Of a DNA stretch of 64,000 nt, positions 52,572-64,000 are shown in pieces. The first letter of the stretch is position 1. Each line of letters begins with the position of its first letter. Origin of the DNA: Geosiphon pyriformis uo1. Its lineage: Eukaryota; Fungi; Glomeromycota. Below the pieces are notes generated by a model, which searched no databases, had not been told where the DNA came from, and was given only the letters and a program-made list of their open reading frames with translations. The position numbers and the translations under genes are program-made. Where the stretch lies: positions 496,001-560,000 of the forward strand of contig JAAOMT010000543.1 of NCBI GenBank assembly GCA_016748015.1, written 5' to 3'.

Positions 52572-55127
52572 TTATCTTTTTCTCTGTGCTTGTCCCAGTT
52601 GATCATATAGCCAATTTAATGAATTGCCTGCTCTCATAGCTTCAAGAGAGTCTAAGATTGCTTGTTCATCAGTAAGTTCTTTAAGACGACGTTTGATCTC
52701 TTTAACAATTTTTTTTCGGCGAATTAATCTCGCACCATTATCGGATGCCCATTTGTTCCCATATCTGGCCAACATATCTTGTATGGAAGGATTTCCATTT
52801 AAACCGGTATTCCATTCATTCCAAACATCGTAAACGGTCTGCAGAGTCCCCAGTTCGGGAAGTCGATAATATCGAGGTCGTGCGGTTGACGTGGATGATA
52901 CAAGGGTATCAGGATATGAACTAAGAGATTTTGATATACTTCGATCATCGAAATAGCCATCAAAAGATTCTTTTTTATCTTCTTGACGAGGATTATCACG
53001 TGGGCTAATAAAATCTCCCTTATTGCGATCTTCAGCATTAACTTCAATATTAAGATTATCGACGATATCGGTATTTTTCCGATCTTCAGCTGAAGACTGG
53101 GTTTCCCTATAAATATTTATGCTTTGCGAAGGTATTACCATAGCTGGAGTCAATGAGGACATCGAATTCAGAGTTCCTCCTGAACTTGAACTTTTAACCT
53201 CTTCTAATCCTTGCTTCTGAACAAATAAACTGTCGTGGGAGGGAGCTTCAGTATAATTATTTGTGCTTATCCCGACATAACTGCTAATTGGCGACGAGTT
53301 GTATTCTCTTTTGCGATTTGTTTCATATTCGCGTGGAGACGGTGGAATGTAACTGGAAAATGCTGTATTTACAGCGAAATCACCAATTGGCCTCGAAGTC
53401 AAATTATTTATTGATGAAGCATTAAATTGAGACGAATTCGGAGTAATGGATGACGGATTTGAATGATCAATCGGATTCGACGAATGAAGGTAAGATGCAG
53501 TCATATTATTTGGGCTTGAGGCATTAATATACGATGAAGCTACCTCAATTGGATTTGAGTTGTTTAAAATAGACATGGGAGTGTCCGTCGATGTCGGTGA
53601 GTTAATAAAAGATGAAGGAGTCTCAATATTATTCGCCTTATTCAAAAAAGAATGGCTAAGATCCCTTGTTTGACCCAGTGTATCATTGAAAGAAGAATTA
53701 TTGATGGTTGAGTTGGAAGTATTCACGAAAACTTGCATATCATCTATAGGCTTTGAAGATTCGATATAAGGCTGATGGGAAATGGTTTGTTCTAAAGGTT
53801 TAAAATAAGATGATGATGACGTATCTTTAGTTAGATTCGAGATATCCATGAATGATGAAGCACTTCCCCTTGGACTCGGCGCGTCTATAAATGGGGATGG
53901 CTCCTGAGTGAGGCTGGAGTCTTCTTTGAAATGAGGGGCATGTTCCGTGTTTGGCAATGGCATTTGGTTCATATGATGATCATTTTGATCTGGGGAATGC
54001 GAGAAATGAGTATCTTCATTAGAGTTTGGAGGACTATTAGTCATTTGAGCAATAGGATTGAATGGCATTGCTGTTTCCAGAATGGTCGTACCAGCATTAT
54101 TTGACCCGGAATTCTCAAAAGAGCCTGCGGTTTTTTCCAAGGGATTTTCATGAGGCATTATCGACAAAGGAATTCGATCTCCATCTCTATCAATTTCGTT
54201 ATCACACTGATCTTTTGGTAAAGAGTTAGTATTTTCCGTGCTTCTCCTTGGTGGAGTAACACTTCTAGTACTCATACGGCTGGAAATTTGCGAATTAGAA
54301 TTTGAGGGGTTACCAATGGAGGGTTGATTAAAAGCCTCCGTAGAAGACGGGCCTAGACTGTTTCTTCGACTTACAATAGGTGAGTTAGGGTTGGCAGTAT
54401 TACTTCCTGAAGAATGGATGTCCCCTGAGCTGATTCCATTTTTCAAATTCGTATTATTGGCAATTGGATTATAATTTGGAATTGATGAGATTTTAGGTGA
54501 CATGGGAGTGAAAGTGGGTTCCATTTGCTGGAAGGTAACAGTGGCATCATCATTGGAATTATTTGCAGCTGTAGTCACTGGAACAATTTCGGTAAAAACT
54601 GAGGTAGTTGTCGCTCCATTGGTTGGATTAGTTGTGGTAACAGTGGTCAATTTGATTGTGACCGTTGTAGTTGTAGTGATATTACCATCCGGTGCAATAT
54701 TTCCATTTTCTGGCATTGGATGCTGCCCTGGTAGTGATGGTGCTCCGCTGTAATGAAAATTTGGTATCGGTGTCGGCGTCGGCGTTGCTCTCGGAGGAGG
54801 AATCCTTGGTTCCGGATTCGTTCTAGCTGGTTGAGCTCGTTCATTATGAAGCCTAGAATGACCGATTATCACTTGAGGAACATCTGGAATAATATCGTCT
54901 CGAGTTTGTTGTTCAACGCGCTCAGTCAGTTCTTGTGGCACGAAACGTTTTGGAATTGGAACTATAATTTCAGGGGAAGTATCTTCTGTCGCACTTTCTG
55001 TCGACTCTATTTCTGCAACTGCTGTCAGGTCTATCCTGCGTGGCCTAGGTTTTGTTCGGGGTGGAGCCCCATTTATATCTTGAGTTCTTTGGTCACTATA
55101 CGACTTGGAGCGTGTTATCTTTCCCAT
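52572..55127 (-). CDS. Intronless 851-aa low-complexity protein with C-terminal GCR1_C DNA-binding domain (Gcr1/Hot1/Msn1-type)
   Basis: C-terminal QTVYDVWNEWNTGLNGNPSIQDMLARYGNKW...RRKKIVKEI matches GCR1_C. The first ATG is at 55127. Confidence 0.85.
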   Translation of the reverse strand: MGKITRSKSYSDQRTQDINGAPPRTKPRPRRIDLTAVAEIESTESATEDTSPEIIVPIPKRFVPQELTERVEQQTRDDIIPDVPQVIIGHSRLHNERAQPARTNPEPRIPPPRATPTPTPIPNFHYSGAPSLPGQHPMPENGNIAPDGNITTTTTVTIKLTTVTTTNPTNGATTTSVFTEIVPVTTAANNSNDDATVTFQQMEPTFTPMSPKISSIPNYNPIANNTNLKNGISSGDIHSSGSNTANPNSPIVSRRNSLGPSSTEAFNQPSIGNPSNSNSQISSRMSTRSVTPPRRSTENTNSLPKDQCDNEIDRDGDRIPLSIMPHENPLEKTAGSFENSGSNNAGTTILETAMPFNPIAQMTNSPPNSNEDTHFSHSPDQNDHHMNQMPLPNTEHAPHFKEDSSLTQEPSPFIDAPSPRGSASSFMDISNLTKDTSSSSYFKPLEQTISHQPYIESSKPIDDMQVFVNTSNSTINNSSFNDTLGQTRDLSHSFLNKANNIETPSSFINSPTSTDTPMSILNNSNPIEVASSYINASSPNNMTASYLHSSNPIDHSNPSSITPNSSQFNASSINNLTSRPIGDFAVNTAFSSYIPPSPREYETNRKREYNSSPISSYVGISTNNYTEAPSHDSLFVQKQGLEEVKSSSSGGTLNSMSSLTPAMVIPSQSINIYRETQSSAEDRKNTDIVDNLNIEVNAEDRNKGDFISPRDNPRQEDKKESFDGYFDDRSISKSLSSYPDTLVSSTSTARPRYYRLPELGTLQTVYDVWNEWNTGLNGNPSIQDMLARYGNKWASDNGARLIRRKKIVKEIKRRLKELTDEQAILDSLEAMRAGNSLNWLYDQLGQAQRKR

Positions 55128-55347
55128 TGCAAGACTAATGAAACAAGTGTTGGAGGTTCCAACCACCAAACATTAAACGTCATCGCCCATAATACAAGCG
55201 GAACGTAGCGTATTCTAATCTAGAACACGTGATTGCAAGTTAAAATGCTATTTATAGTTTGTCTTAAATTGTAATTAATTTGAAAATTTTAAATAAAATT
55301 AATAATAGATTAAAATATTCATAAATAAATTATTTTAAATTTAAAAC

Positions 55348-55427
<80 letters not shown>
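55348..55427. repeat. (AAT)n microsatellite abutting its inverse (ATT)n
   Basis: About 20 AAT units directly followed by about 6 ATT units. Other AAT/TTA tracts lie at about 2343, 10226, 15248, 16359, 26947 and 56020. Confidence 0.9.
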
Positions 55428-55681
55428 GGTATTATTAAAAAAGTTTTTATTTAGTTTGTATAATATTTATAATTTAAAAATAAAACCATTAATCTATTAT
55501 ATTAAAAAATTAAATTATAATAAAAACGAAATTTTATATTAATTGCAAATAATAAGATAAATAAATACTTTATACATTTTTACAACATAAAAAATATTAT
55601 TGATTTTAAATATATTTATTAATTTAATTATCATTATTATTATTATTATTATTTTTAATTAAATAGAAATAAAAAAATTAT

Positions 55682-56019
55682 TCGGAGAATTTCATATATA
55701 AGGACTGGTACGCGGAAGCGAAATGGCAAGAAAAAAAGATGGTCGAGTTGGTAAAATATCTCGTCAACTTACACCGAGAGGAGATATGGCTGATCACTGT
55801 AAAGAAGCAGAGAAATTGGGAGGACGATGTCGAATAAATAGTAAGGAACAAATCTGGGAAGGAATATGATGGTATGTGGCTGGGGCACTTCAAATGATGG
55901 CTGGTATAAGTAACACGTTCGGCGAGGAATTTTTAAAGCTAGTGTCCAATAGAAAGTTTGGCATAATGTATGAATTTTGTTTATACGTAAATGGTCGGTG
56001 GTTGAACTACACTGTAAGC

Positions 56020-56090
<71 letters not shown>
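55682..56090 (+). mobile_element. Probable 5'-truncated non-LTR retrotransposon 3' end with (AAT)n tail
   Basis: 55682-55837 translates to FIYKDWYAEAKWQEKKMVELVKYLVNLHREEIW..., similar to the 37.2-kb relic. About 180 nt later comes an (AAT)~23 tract. Confidence 0.5.
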
Positions 56091-56095
<5 letters not shown>

Positions 56096-57809
56096 ACAAT
56101 AAAAAATTAATATAATTAATTATTTATAAAACAATTATTTTTGGGCCAAAAATTATTATTAAAAATTAAAAATTAAAAATTAAAAAATTTTAAGCTTAAC
56201 ATAGAAAAGGTTATAATGCAACAACATATATTTCTAAATATAAATTAAATATTTTTGGTTAATAAAGCCACATTAATAAAGTTGAGGCTGGGATGTAGAA
56301 AATTGGCTATTTTATTAATTAAAAGAGTTTTAACGATAATATTTTTTTCATTCCGGTTACTTTAATGCCCTTTTCAAATGCTTCTATTGGAGCAAAATTT
56401 TTTAGACATTTTTCGGTAATTTTTTTGAAATTTAATTTTTAACGGTATAATAAAAACCGTTTATTTAAATGTAAAATGATTGGGCGAAGAAGTAGCAAGA
56501 TTTAAAAATTGTTTCTAGTCGGATTATTCAACTTAGATATTTGAGTTTCTTATGCATCTGACTTCCGGCTTGAGGTTTAATAATCGATTCAAAACCTTAG
56601 ACTGATAAACAATAACGTATAAGGGTTTCATCTTTCAAAATTAAAAAACTAGCTTTTATACAACTTTTAGTTAAAAGGGAAGTCCAACTTTGAATTCGAA
56701 ATCTTCGTTAGGGTCATGTTTCGACTGGAATTATAAAGTATAATTGATCTTCAGACATAACTAAAAAGCTTTCAAACCAAATTTTGCGGAGTAGCAGATA
56801 CAAAAAATATGTATTGCCAAAATGATTTGATTGTACTGTGAGCTTTTGACAAATTATTGTCAACGACAATATTTATTTTACTTTACTCGAACGGAATCTT
56901 GTAGTTATGAAAAGCAAAAGAATTTTGATAAAAGAATTTTTATAACCTGCGTCTGTTCAAATTAAAAAAATTTTGAGTACAAAATGCCTATTGAATCTTT
57001 TTGAAAAATGGTAAATCCTTTGAATATATTTTCACATTTCTTGAAATTAATGTTGATAAGAATGTAAAACTAGTATTTTAATAAGAAATGTTGTTAGGTC
57101 CAATTTATCGTATGGGTCTCCCATAAGGCAGTGAAAATTTTCTTTGACTAAATTTTAAAAGGAAGAATTCATAATTAAAATGGTTGAGATTTTTCATTTC
57201 CAAATTCGTTGTTTACTTGCCTTATTTGATAATAATATCCCAGAGAAATATTAATTTGACCAATGAAAAAAAAATATCCACGATATATCCTAATCCAAAG
57301 CCTCAATCTATCATGACAAAAAATGAAAGCACACACCCTTAATTTCGTTCTATGATTATCATAATTAAGAAAAGTTTAATTATAGTACATTTAAAAGGAA
57401 AATAATAAAGGAATTTTTCTATATCAGTGTAGAATTTTGAAAATTCGGATTCTATAGCTAATCATTTATGTACTCAAGAAAATGTTTACCAGTTTAATAA
57501 AAACTCATTCTTTAAAATTTGTAAGAAAAAATTATTAGCATTTTAGGATTCTACAAAAGGAATATAAGTTATACAAAATTTACGTATAGAAAGGATATAG
57601 TATAAAAAATAGATTTCTGCCAAAAGAAAAACACTAATTTACGATATACATACATATATATATATATATAGTGGTATTTGCAAAATCAATAAATTCAATT
57701 GTCATTTAAATTCACCCTTTCAAAAAGATAACGTGGTCAATTTGAAACTTGAACCTCAAGCTCATCATACAATGTATTTCAGAAATTCTTAAATCTATTA
57801 CTCAATCCA

Positions 57810-59400
57810 TTAATTCCCAAGTGTACGAATTCTGTCCGTAGCCGTAAAACAACGGATTGGTAATTCTGGGTTCCACTTGATGCTTGCGCTACGCAACGAG
57901 CTCGTGATTGGGAGATTATTCCATAATGATTTAGCCATTAACGCATGAGTATTTAAACTTTTTTACAGAAGAAATTTTTTTTTATAAGTGGTACAATACT
58001 TTTACAAAAAATTTGCAAATTATGATTCTAATTTCAAACCTTGGATGAAAACAGTCAATGTTACTAACGGCCTCAATCGGAAAAGTTGTTAAATTGACAT
58101 CGATAGGTTGATAGACGACAGCAAACGAAGGATCCCGATTATGTTTTTGAGCATATTCCATCGCAATCCTTTCAATTGCACTTTTGTAAAGGACTGTAAC
58201 TTTGTCCATTTCTTGACGCTTCTTTTTCCCAATTTGGCCTGAGGTAGGAATTAAAATTTTAGTTAATCATTTGAAAAAACGTTTCAAACATAGATCAAAA
58301 TTAGCGTTTCTTAATTTCAAAAACACCTGGTAAAAAAGCACATGGACACCCAAATTGAACTTGTGGCAAATCTTTAAACCAACGACAATACTCTTTACCA
58401 TGGCTAAACTCATAAACTTGTGACACGTTAAATACGCCCATCAAATTCACGACGGTATTTGGTATATATCTACGAATCGATTCCAATGTTTTTCGAATAT
58501 TTTTTTCAAATTCAAGTGGGGCAACGTAGTTTCTTGTGCATATATTACAAATATCGTTTGAGCCCATGAATAGGTTTAAGAACTTGATGAGAGAAAAAAG
58601 TAATTAAATTACCATTTCCCGAGATTTCGAATTCAAATTTTAATAACTTTTTTAAATTTTTACGCTAACCTTGTAATCTTTCCTAGTAGCATTATATTTT
58701 GCCAACTGGTTCAACAAATATCTCATCTCATGTTCAAGATTTGTAGCCATTGCACCAGATTGAGCAGCATTCAACCTGTCAAAAAATGGCTTGTATCGAT
58801 TATCAGGGCAGAAATTGCCTAAAGGGCCAAGGAACAACAATTTCAAAGATTTAAGTCAAACATGCTCATGGAATATTTTAATGTTCATAATCGAATTTCT
58901 AAAAAATCTCCAATTTACTCACCAGCACAAATTTCAACCAAATGAGACCCGACACTGGCTCCAATCACATCTCGTCGATAAAATTTAATAAAATTGGCCA
59001 ATGACTCGGCATTCTTATCACCACCCATCGCAAAGCTAACACCACGGTGCTCTTTTAAATTTTTAATGGTCAGAGGATGGCCATGGTATTTTCCTTTAGC
59101 AAAGAATCCCGCTGTGATACTGTCACCTAAAGCCATTACGTATTTTATATCATCTGGTCGAAGATCGTGAACTGATTTTGCGCCAAAGAAACGTGGTGGG
59201 AGAGATGGGCACGAGGTTATGTTTGAAACGAAAAGTGGTTTAACTGGTTTCTGATTGAAAATTTTTGGGATTTTATGAGATCGAAATATACGGGTTATGG
59301 TGTATTTGAAAAAGATTTGTTGAGCAAGAAGGGATGGTAAGAGGAGTAGGATGAAAAGAGTGCAAAATCTGAAAATTAATTGAGATTTTTGAAAATTCAT
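57810..59400 (-). CDS. Phospholipase B1-like SGNH/GDSL lipase with N-terminal signal/anchor, multi-exon
   Basis: SVHDLRPDDIK.VMALGDSITAG, EHRGVSFAMGG, LNAAQSGA, FMGSNDIC and DCFHP|S...H...AKSLWNNL. Confidence 0.9.
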
Positions 59401-59883
59401 TTTAACTGCTAAAATTTAGGGCTTTCAGAATGTAGTAAAAAGAATAAATAGAAAAGGTATTTGATCTTAAAGAAACAAAGTGAGTTCTTCGAGCGAAGTT
59501 TGTTCAATTTATGAATAGTTATTAAAACTCCTTAATTTAATCAAGCTTAAGCAGATTTTTTTAGAAAAATCCCCCAAGTTTTCGTGATCAAAATTTAATC
59601 AATTCTAAAAAGAAAAAAATTGAACGCGTGTGAAACTCATCAGTTTCATCAAAACACAGTTTGACTTTTTTAAGACAAACGAAGATTTAAGATATTGTTT
59701 TTATATTTAAAAAAAAAAAATTTCAATTATTTCACTTAAAAAGATAAGTCTAATTAGAAGTTCATGATAAAGGTAAAACTTTATTTAAAAATCTTGACAT
59801 CATTGGCGTATCTAATATCAGTAATCACTATTATGGATCTTATGCCTATAATCCTCGAAAAGCCTTTTATGAGCTAAAACCGT

Positions 59884-60845
59884 TTATCGGATCTCAATCC
59901 CAAAAACTCTTTTAGCAAACTTTGGAATATCCTCATTAAATTCCTTAGGAGCTTCCCACCACAATAAATGGGCCCACATTTTTATAGATTTTCAATGTGG
60001 CATAAGTTTGGTTGACTGAGAATGAAAATGGTCTAATTTCCGGTTTAGCTAACTGCGGTTGCGATAAAAATTGGGATTTTTTAAATTTCAAAAGGTTTCG
60101 ATTTAGTTGTAGTTTGCGTTTCCGAGTCCTGGAAAGGAGCAATAATACAAGAGAAAATTGAATTTTTGATTTTTGAGTTATACTTTAAGAAACTTTAAAA
60201 TCTTCGTAACTTACTAGCAATAGCAAATCTTAAAGCAGGAGTCGTCAGAGCGGGACCACCAAATAAAAATAATTTTAAACGTTCATTTCATGATTTAGCT
60301 GTAAAAAAATTAATATACTCTTTCAACCCTTTAACAACTTCGGTATAATCCTATGAAACCGTTCGAGCCATAACGGGTCGAATTTTTGAAGCAGAGGATA
60401 ACCATTTATTTAATGGCGCGGCTATTGGTATTAAAACCCTTGTCCAAACCTTTCTAAATATGTTAAACTCAATATACCTCCCGCCGACCAACCAGCCAAC
60501 ATGACTTTTTTTATTAGGGGACCCTTCAGTAACAGCGGCAATAACCGCGTTTAAATCATCAGTCAGAATTGAGAGGAGTTGTAACTCGTTAAATTTTTTG
60601 ATTTATTACTATCAAAAGTTCCCCGCCAGTCCCCAGGGGACTTGATGAAAGTTTTTGGTGAGAATCGGAGAAAGAAATTGTGTTTGGAATAAATAAAGAG
60701 TTTGTGAAATTCCGTGAGTCCAGATTATAGTTGGTTTAAAGTGGGTACCAAGTTCTTCTACGTAGATACGAACACCATCACTACTTTGTGTTAAGAGACT
60801 GTTGACTAATGGAGACATGGATAAAATTGTTGGTCGATTTATCAA
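59884..60845 (-). pseudogene. Disrupted paralog of the 12.6-13.7 kb alpha/beta hydrolase
   Basis: Colinear fragments SSDGVRIYVEELG..KPTIIWTHG, DDLNAVI..KKVMLAGWSAGG, FLFGGPA and ATLKIYKNVG/HLLWWE..EFNEDI.KF, with the same intron position. There are several in-frame stops and frameshifts. Confidence 0.85.
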
Positions 60846-61649
60846 TCATTTTGAAAATCAAAGTTTTCCAATGCTCGAGATTTTATGAAGATTCCGAGTA
60901 AAATTAGAAGTTTAAATAAATAGAATTTCATATTGAGAAATTTTTCATTTAAAAAGAAGTATCTTTTTTTTTATACTATAATGCATATTTAAAAGAATTT
61001 GAAATCGAAAATTTGATTCCCCAGGCCAAAAAAAAACGATTGAACACGAAAATCGCAAATTTAAATAAATTCATCATATTACCTGATAAAATTTTAAAAA
61101 ATAAGTTCGCTCAAGATATCTTATATGATTTTATTGCATGTTTAAATACAAATTATTCAGAAGACGTTTATTGTAACCATATCGAAATGAATATTCATGA
61201 ATAAGTAGAGCAAATATCATATTTCGTTACTATGTAAATTATTTAACGGTTATAAGATAAATAAATAAATAAATAAATGAATAAATCACAGACCTGAAAG
61301 CCTGGTGGTTTATATTGATTGATATATCTACGAAATGAATTTAGACGAAAGATTTAATTAATTTATTTTTATTATAAATTTTAATAAATTTTCTCGGGTG
61401 ATACAATGACTTTTGTAAAATTAAAAATTTAGTTACTAAAAATGAAATCAAGACTTAGTATACTCTTCCAATCCCAATCTTTGACTTTAAATTGGACAAT
61501 TTTATTCAATTAGAATTTATTATAATTTGGAATATATGGAATAAAAAAAAATATTGGAATAATTTTAAAATGGCTTTCTCTAATGCTCAAAAGTAAATTC
61601 AAGATTTCTTATTCGTCTATTGCCTCAGATTTTGAAATTATAAATCCAT

Positions 61650-61908
61650 TTAGCAAGGCGCATTCGATGAACCACAGAAGCCACCATTAGTATTATATTT
61701 AATATCGCCACCATAGACCACTGGCTTACGGATAATCGGAGGGCTTTGGTATCGTTCGTAGGGGTCAGGAGAGACAATCGGAGGGCTTTGGTATCGCTCG
61801 TAGGGGTTTTTGGGATGTTCATGGGCAAAAAATGGAATTGCCATAGAGAAGGTAATGAGTAAGGTAATGGATAGGATCAGGAGAGAAATTTTTTTTTTGG
61901 ATAGCCAT
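61650..61908 (-). CDS. Small secreted repeat peptide (85 aa if one A is removed from the A10 run at 61889-61898)
   Basis: ATG at 61908 plus a 1-nt correction gives MAIQKKISLLILSITLLITFSMA|IPFFAHEHPKNPYERYQSPPIVSPDPYERYQSPPIIRKPVVYGGDIKYNTNGGFCGSSNAPC*. A TATAAATA lies at 62021-62028 on the same strand. Confidence 0.65.
61734..61807. repeat. 32-bp direct repeat x2 (period 42 bp) encoding PYERYQSPPI
   Basis: Copies at 61734-61765 and 61776-61807 differ at one base (GAA/GAG), which is synonymous in the peptide frame. Confidence 0.95.
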
Positions 61909-64000
61909 GGAATTAAGTTTTTATTGAGGTTTGAATGCGATTTCAAATTCGATTTTAGTTTCTTGTCTCGATTTTTTCAATTTTGATGTTTAACCAGAAC
62001 TTCCAGCGACCAATTTCATGTATTTATATTCTTTAACCAAAAGAATTTAAATAATGAATGGGTTCAATTAAAAGAAAATTTCTTTGACAGAAAACTAGCT
62101 TACTTAAAGCCCCGAACCGGTTTCGTGATATCATTTATTGCGGCTGAGTCAATTATTATATTGCTTCTAGGTCAATTATCGTTGATTAATTGTACGGTGG
62201 TGACTATTTTTATCATCTTTTATGATCATACAGGTCATGCATGGGCTTTGCCTTATACAGAATTTTTTTCATATGCTTGTATATTGAATAAACAAAAAAT
62301 TTGAATAATCATAAAAATATCAATTTTGCCTTGCTAGAAAAATCTAATAAAAGAGATCAGGATATCTTTTTGATTAAAAATAAAAAAAGAAACAAATAAA
62401 TAAGTTATATTAATAAAACATTGTAATAATAATTTCTATAATTTCATCTACACAAAGATTCCAATTTAATTAAAATATGAAAATTTTAAAGGTTTAGCTT
62501 GTTAATTCAACATTCCATTTAAATTTCGCTAATTCGATCTAATAAAAAGTCATGTATTTCTCATAAAAATCTGGAAATCATTTGTTTTTTCTTTCAAATA
62601 TAAAGTCATGTTACTAAAATCAAATGCTGACAGAAGAGTAAATATTCTATTCTTTAATTAACTTTTATGCTCATGTATTTCAAACTCAATCAATCAATCA
62701 ATCATTAATGCTTATTATGTCTTTATTTATTGGTTTGAAATCTCCATAGGAATTTTCTAATTTCAAAAAATTCTTCACTAAAGTTTGAACCTTGTGAAAA
62801 ACTTGAATCTAAAATGGTTTCGAAATAAGAAACTGCTTTTATTTACTAATAAGTAGTGCCTAGTCTGTATTAAATTTACGTTTTAAACATGGAGTGACTT
62901 TTAAGTAAAACTTTTCAGTAGATTAGAATAATTCAAAATTTAAGGCGTTATATTTGATTTTTATATATAAAAATGCTAATAATCATCTTTAGCATTGAAA
63001 ATATCAATGATTGATAATTATTTATATCTGTCAATCTAATACAAAAATATTAAAAGTTGATATTTAAACGAATATTTACAACAATGATTATAATGAAATG
63101 GTTAATATAATTAAATATTTTATTTAATAGCTTATATTTTATAAATTTATTAATTTAATAATATTTTTTTTACCATTAACTCTCATTTCTTCAAGTAAAT
63201 TAATTAAAACACTTTTTGAAATAGTACCTAATAAGTTGAATAATTTTTTTCTATATTTCTTTTGATTATCCCCCAAATATTCTCAAAAGGATTTTTTTTA
63301 TGGCCAGTCCTAATGAATTCTTGAGTAAGACGATTTCTATGGTTAGGGTCATTATCTTGTTAATGTCGCCATCTTTTTTCGATTAAATGCGCAAATCTCG
63401 TTATCCCTGTGAAACAAACAAAGATTACTCTTCTCTATTTTAAGAAAGCGGTCCAAAGAGCTGAAATGTCGTTTCATCAATAAATAAAATCTTATTCCAT
63501 GATTGTTACTTAAGATTGGACGTTTTTTTTTGATATGCTTCAAGGACCAATGGGTTCGAAATCGTCGAACACGAGACTGCTGTCAAGTTTTGTTTTGTCA
63601 CATCCGTGGCTGGTTTTTTCCAGTTTGACCAGATTGCGCATTGAAATCTTTGTGGCAATGTATATTTCTCTTGCCCTTTTTCCAGCAATAGTGCTTTGCG
63701 TTGTTTTTAAATATGCGATTTGGCCATTGTGCGAGTGTTTTCAATTGAAGAATAAAAATTTAGTATTCAGAGGAAAAAATAAAAAATCTCATACACCAGT
63801 TCAACAGGCTGTACGAGATTTTTAGTTGTGAACAAGGTGTTTACAGTTTATCTATTAAGAAATTAATGCTAATATTTATTAAAATAAATTTGAACAACAA
63901 CTCAATCAATAATTTCAACGAGTTGTTAAATTACAATTTTTGCATTCAAAATAAAAAGTCAATTTCCACAAGCCAGATTGTTTTCGTTTAAAGGTTGAAT

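Noticed and set aside
55723-56094. In-frame TGA joining MARKKDG... to the 55876 ORF (selenocysteine or readthrough?)
   Set aside because: There is no redox motif or SECIS. A different frame matches the 37.2-kb relic, and the ORF ends in a microsatellite.
61625-61828. Alternative-frame ORF with TPT(S/N)DTKALRL repeats
   Set aside because: The repeat polymorphism is non-synonymous in this frame and there is no signal peptide. The YQSPP frame fits better.

Overview
This is eukaryotic, very AT-rich, intron-rich fungal DNA. Short introns, CpG-poor intergenic blocks, a plant/animal-type COP1, a WD40-bearing ATG16 and an animal-type phospholipase B1 point to an early-diverging fungus, most plausibly an arbuscular mycorrhizal fungus (Glomeromycotina); this assignment is inference. 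Hand splicing gives about 17 protein genes: an RDH-type SDR, a mitochondrial rhodanese, an alpha/beta hydrolase, VIT1/CCC1, a promethin-like protein, a DUF2343 protein, a nibrin-like protein, Rab7, NDUFA12 (missed by the ORF track), an SLC35F5/THI74-like transporter, an orphan heptad-repeat ORF, a GRF zinc-finger protein, ATG16, carbonyl reductase, COP1, a GCR1_C-domain protein and a PLB1-like SGNH lipase. There is also one tRNA-Lys(CTT), a hydrolase pseudogene, two mutually similar retroelement-like relics, tandem repeats and a 20-N gap. The most notable items are: (1) a hidden small secreted peptide gene at 61.65-61.91 kb, with a duplicated PYERYQSPPI motif and a C-terminal Cys pair, masked by one extra base in a homopolymer; (2) a full fungal COP1 with a candidate pseudosubstrate VP latch and a GC-AG intron in the RING; (3) an intact SDR whose catalytic YxxxK reads FxxxN; (4) a nibrin-like protein lacking the canonical Mre11-binding motif. 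All family calls come from recognising motifs by eye, not from database searches.
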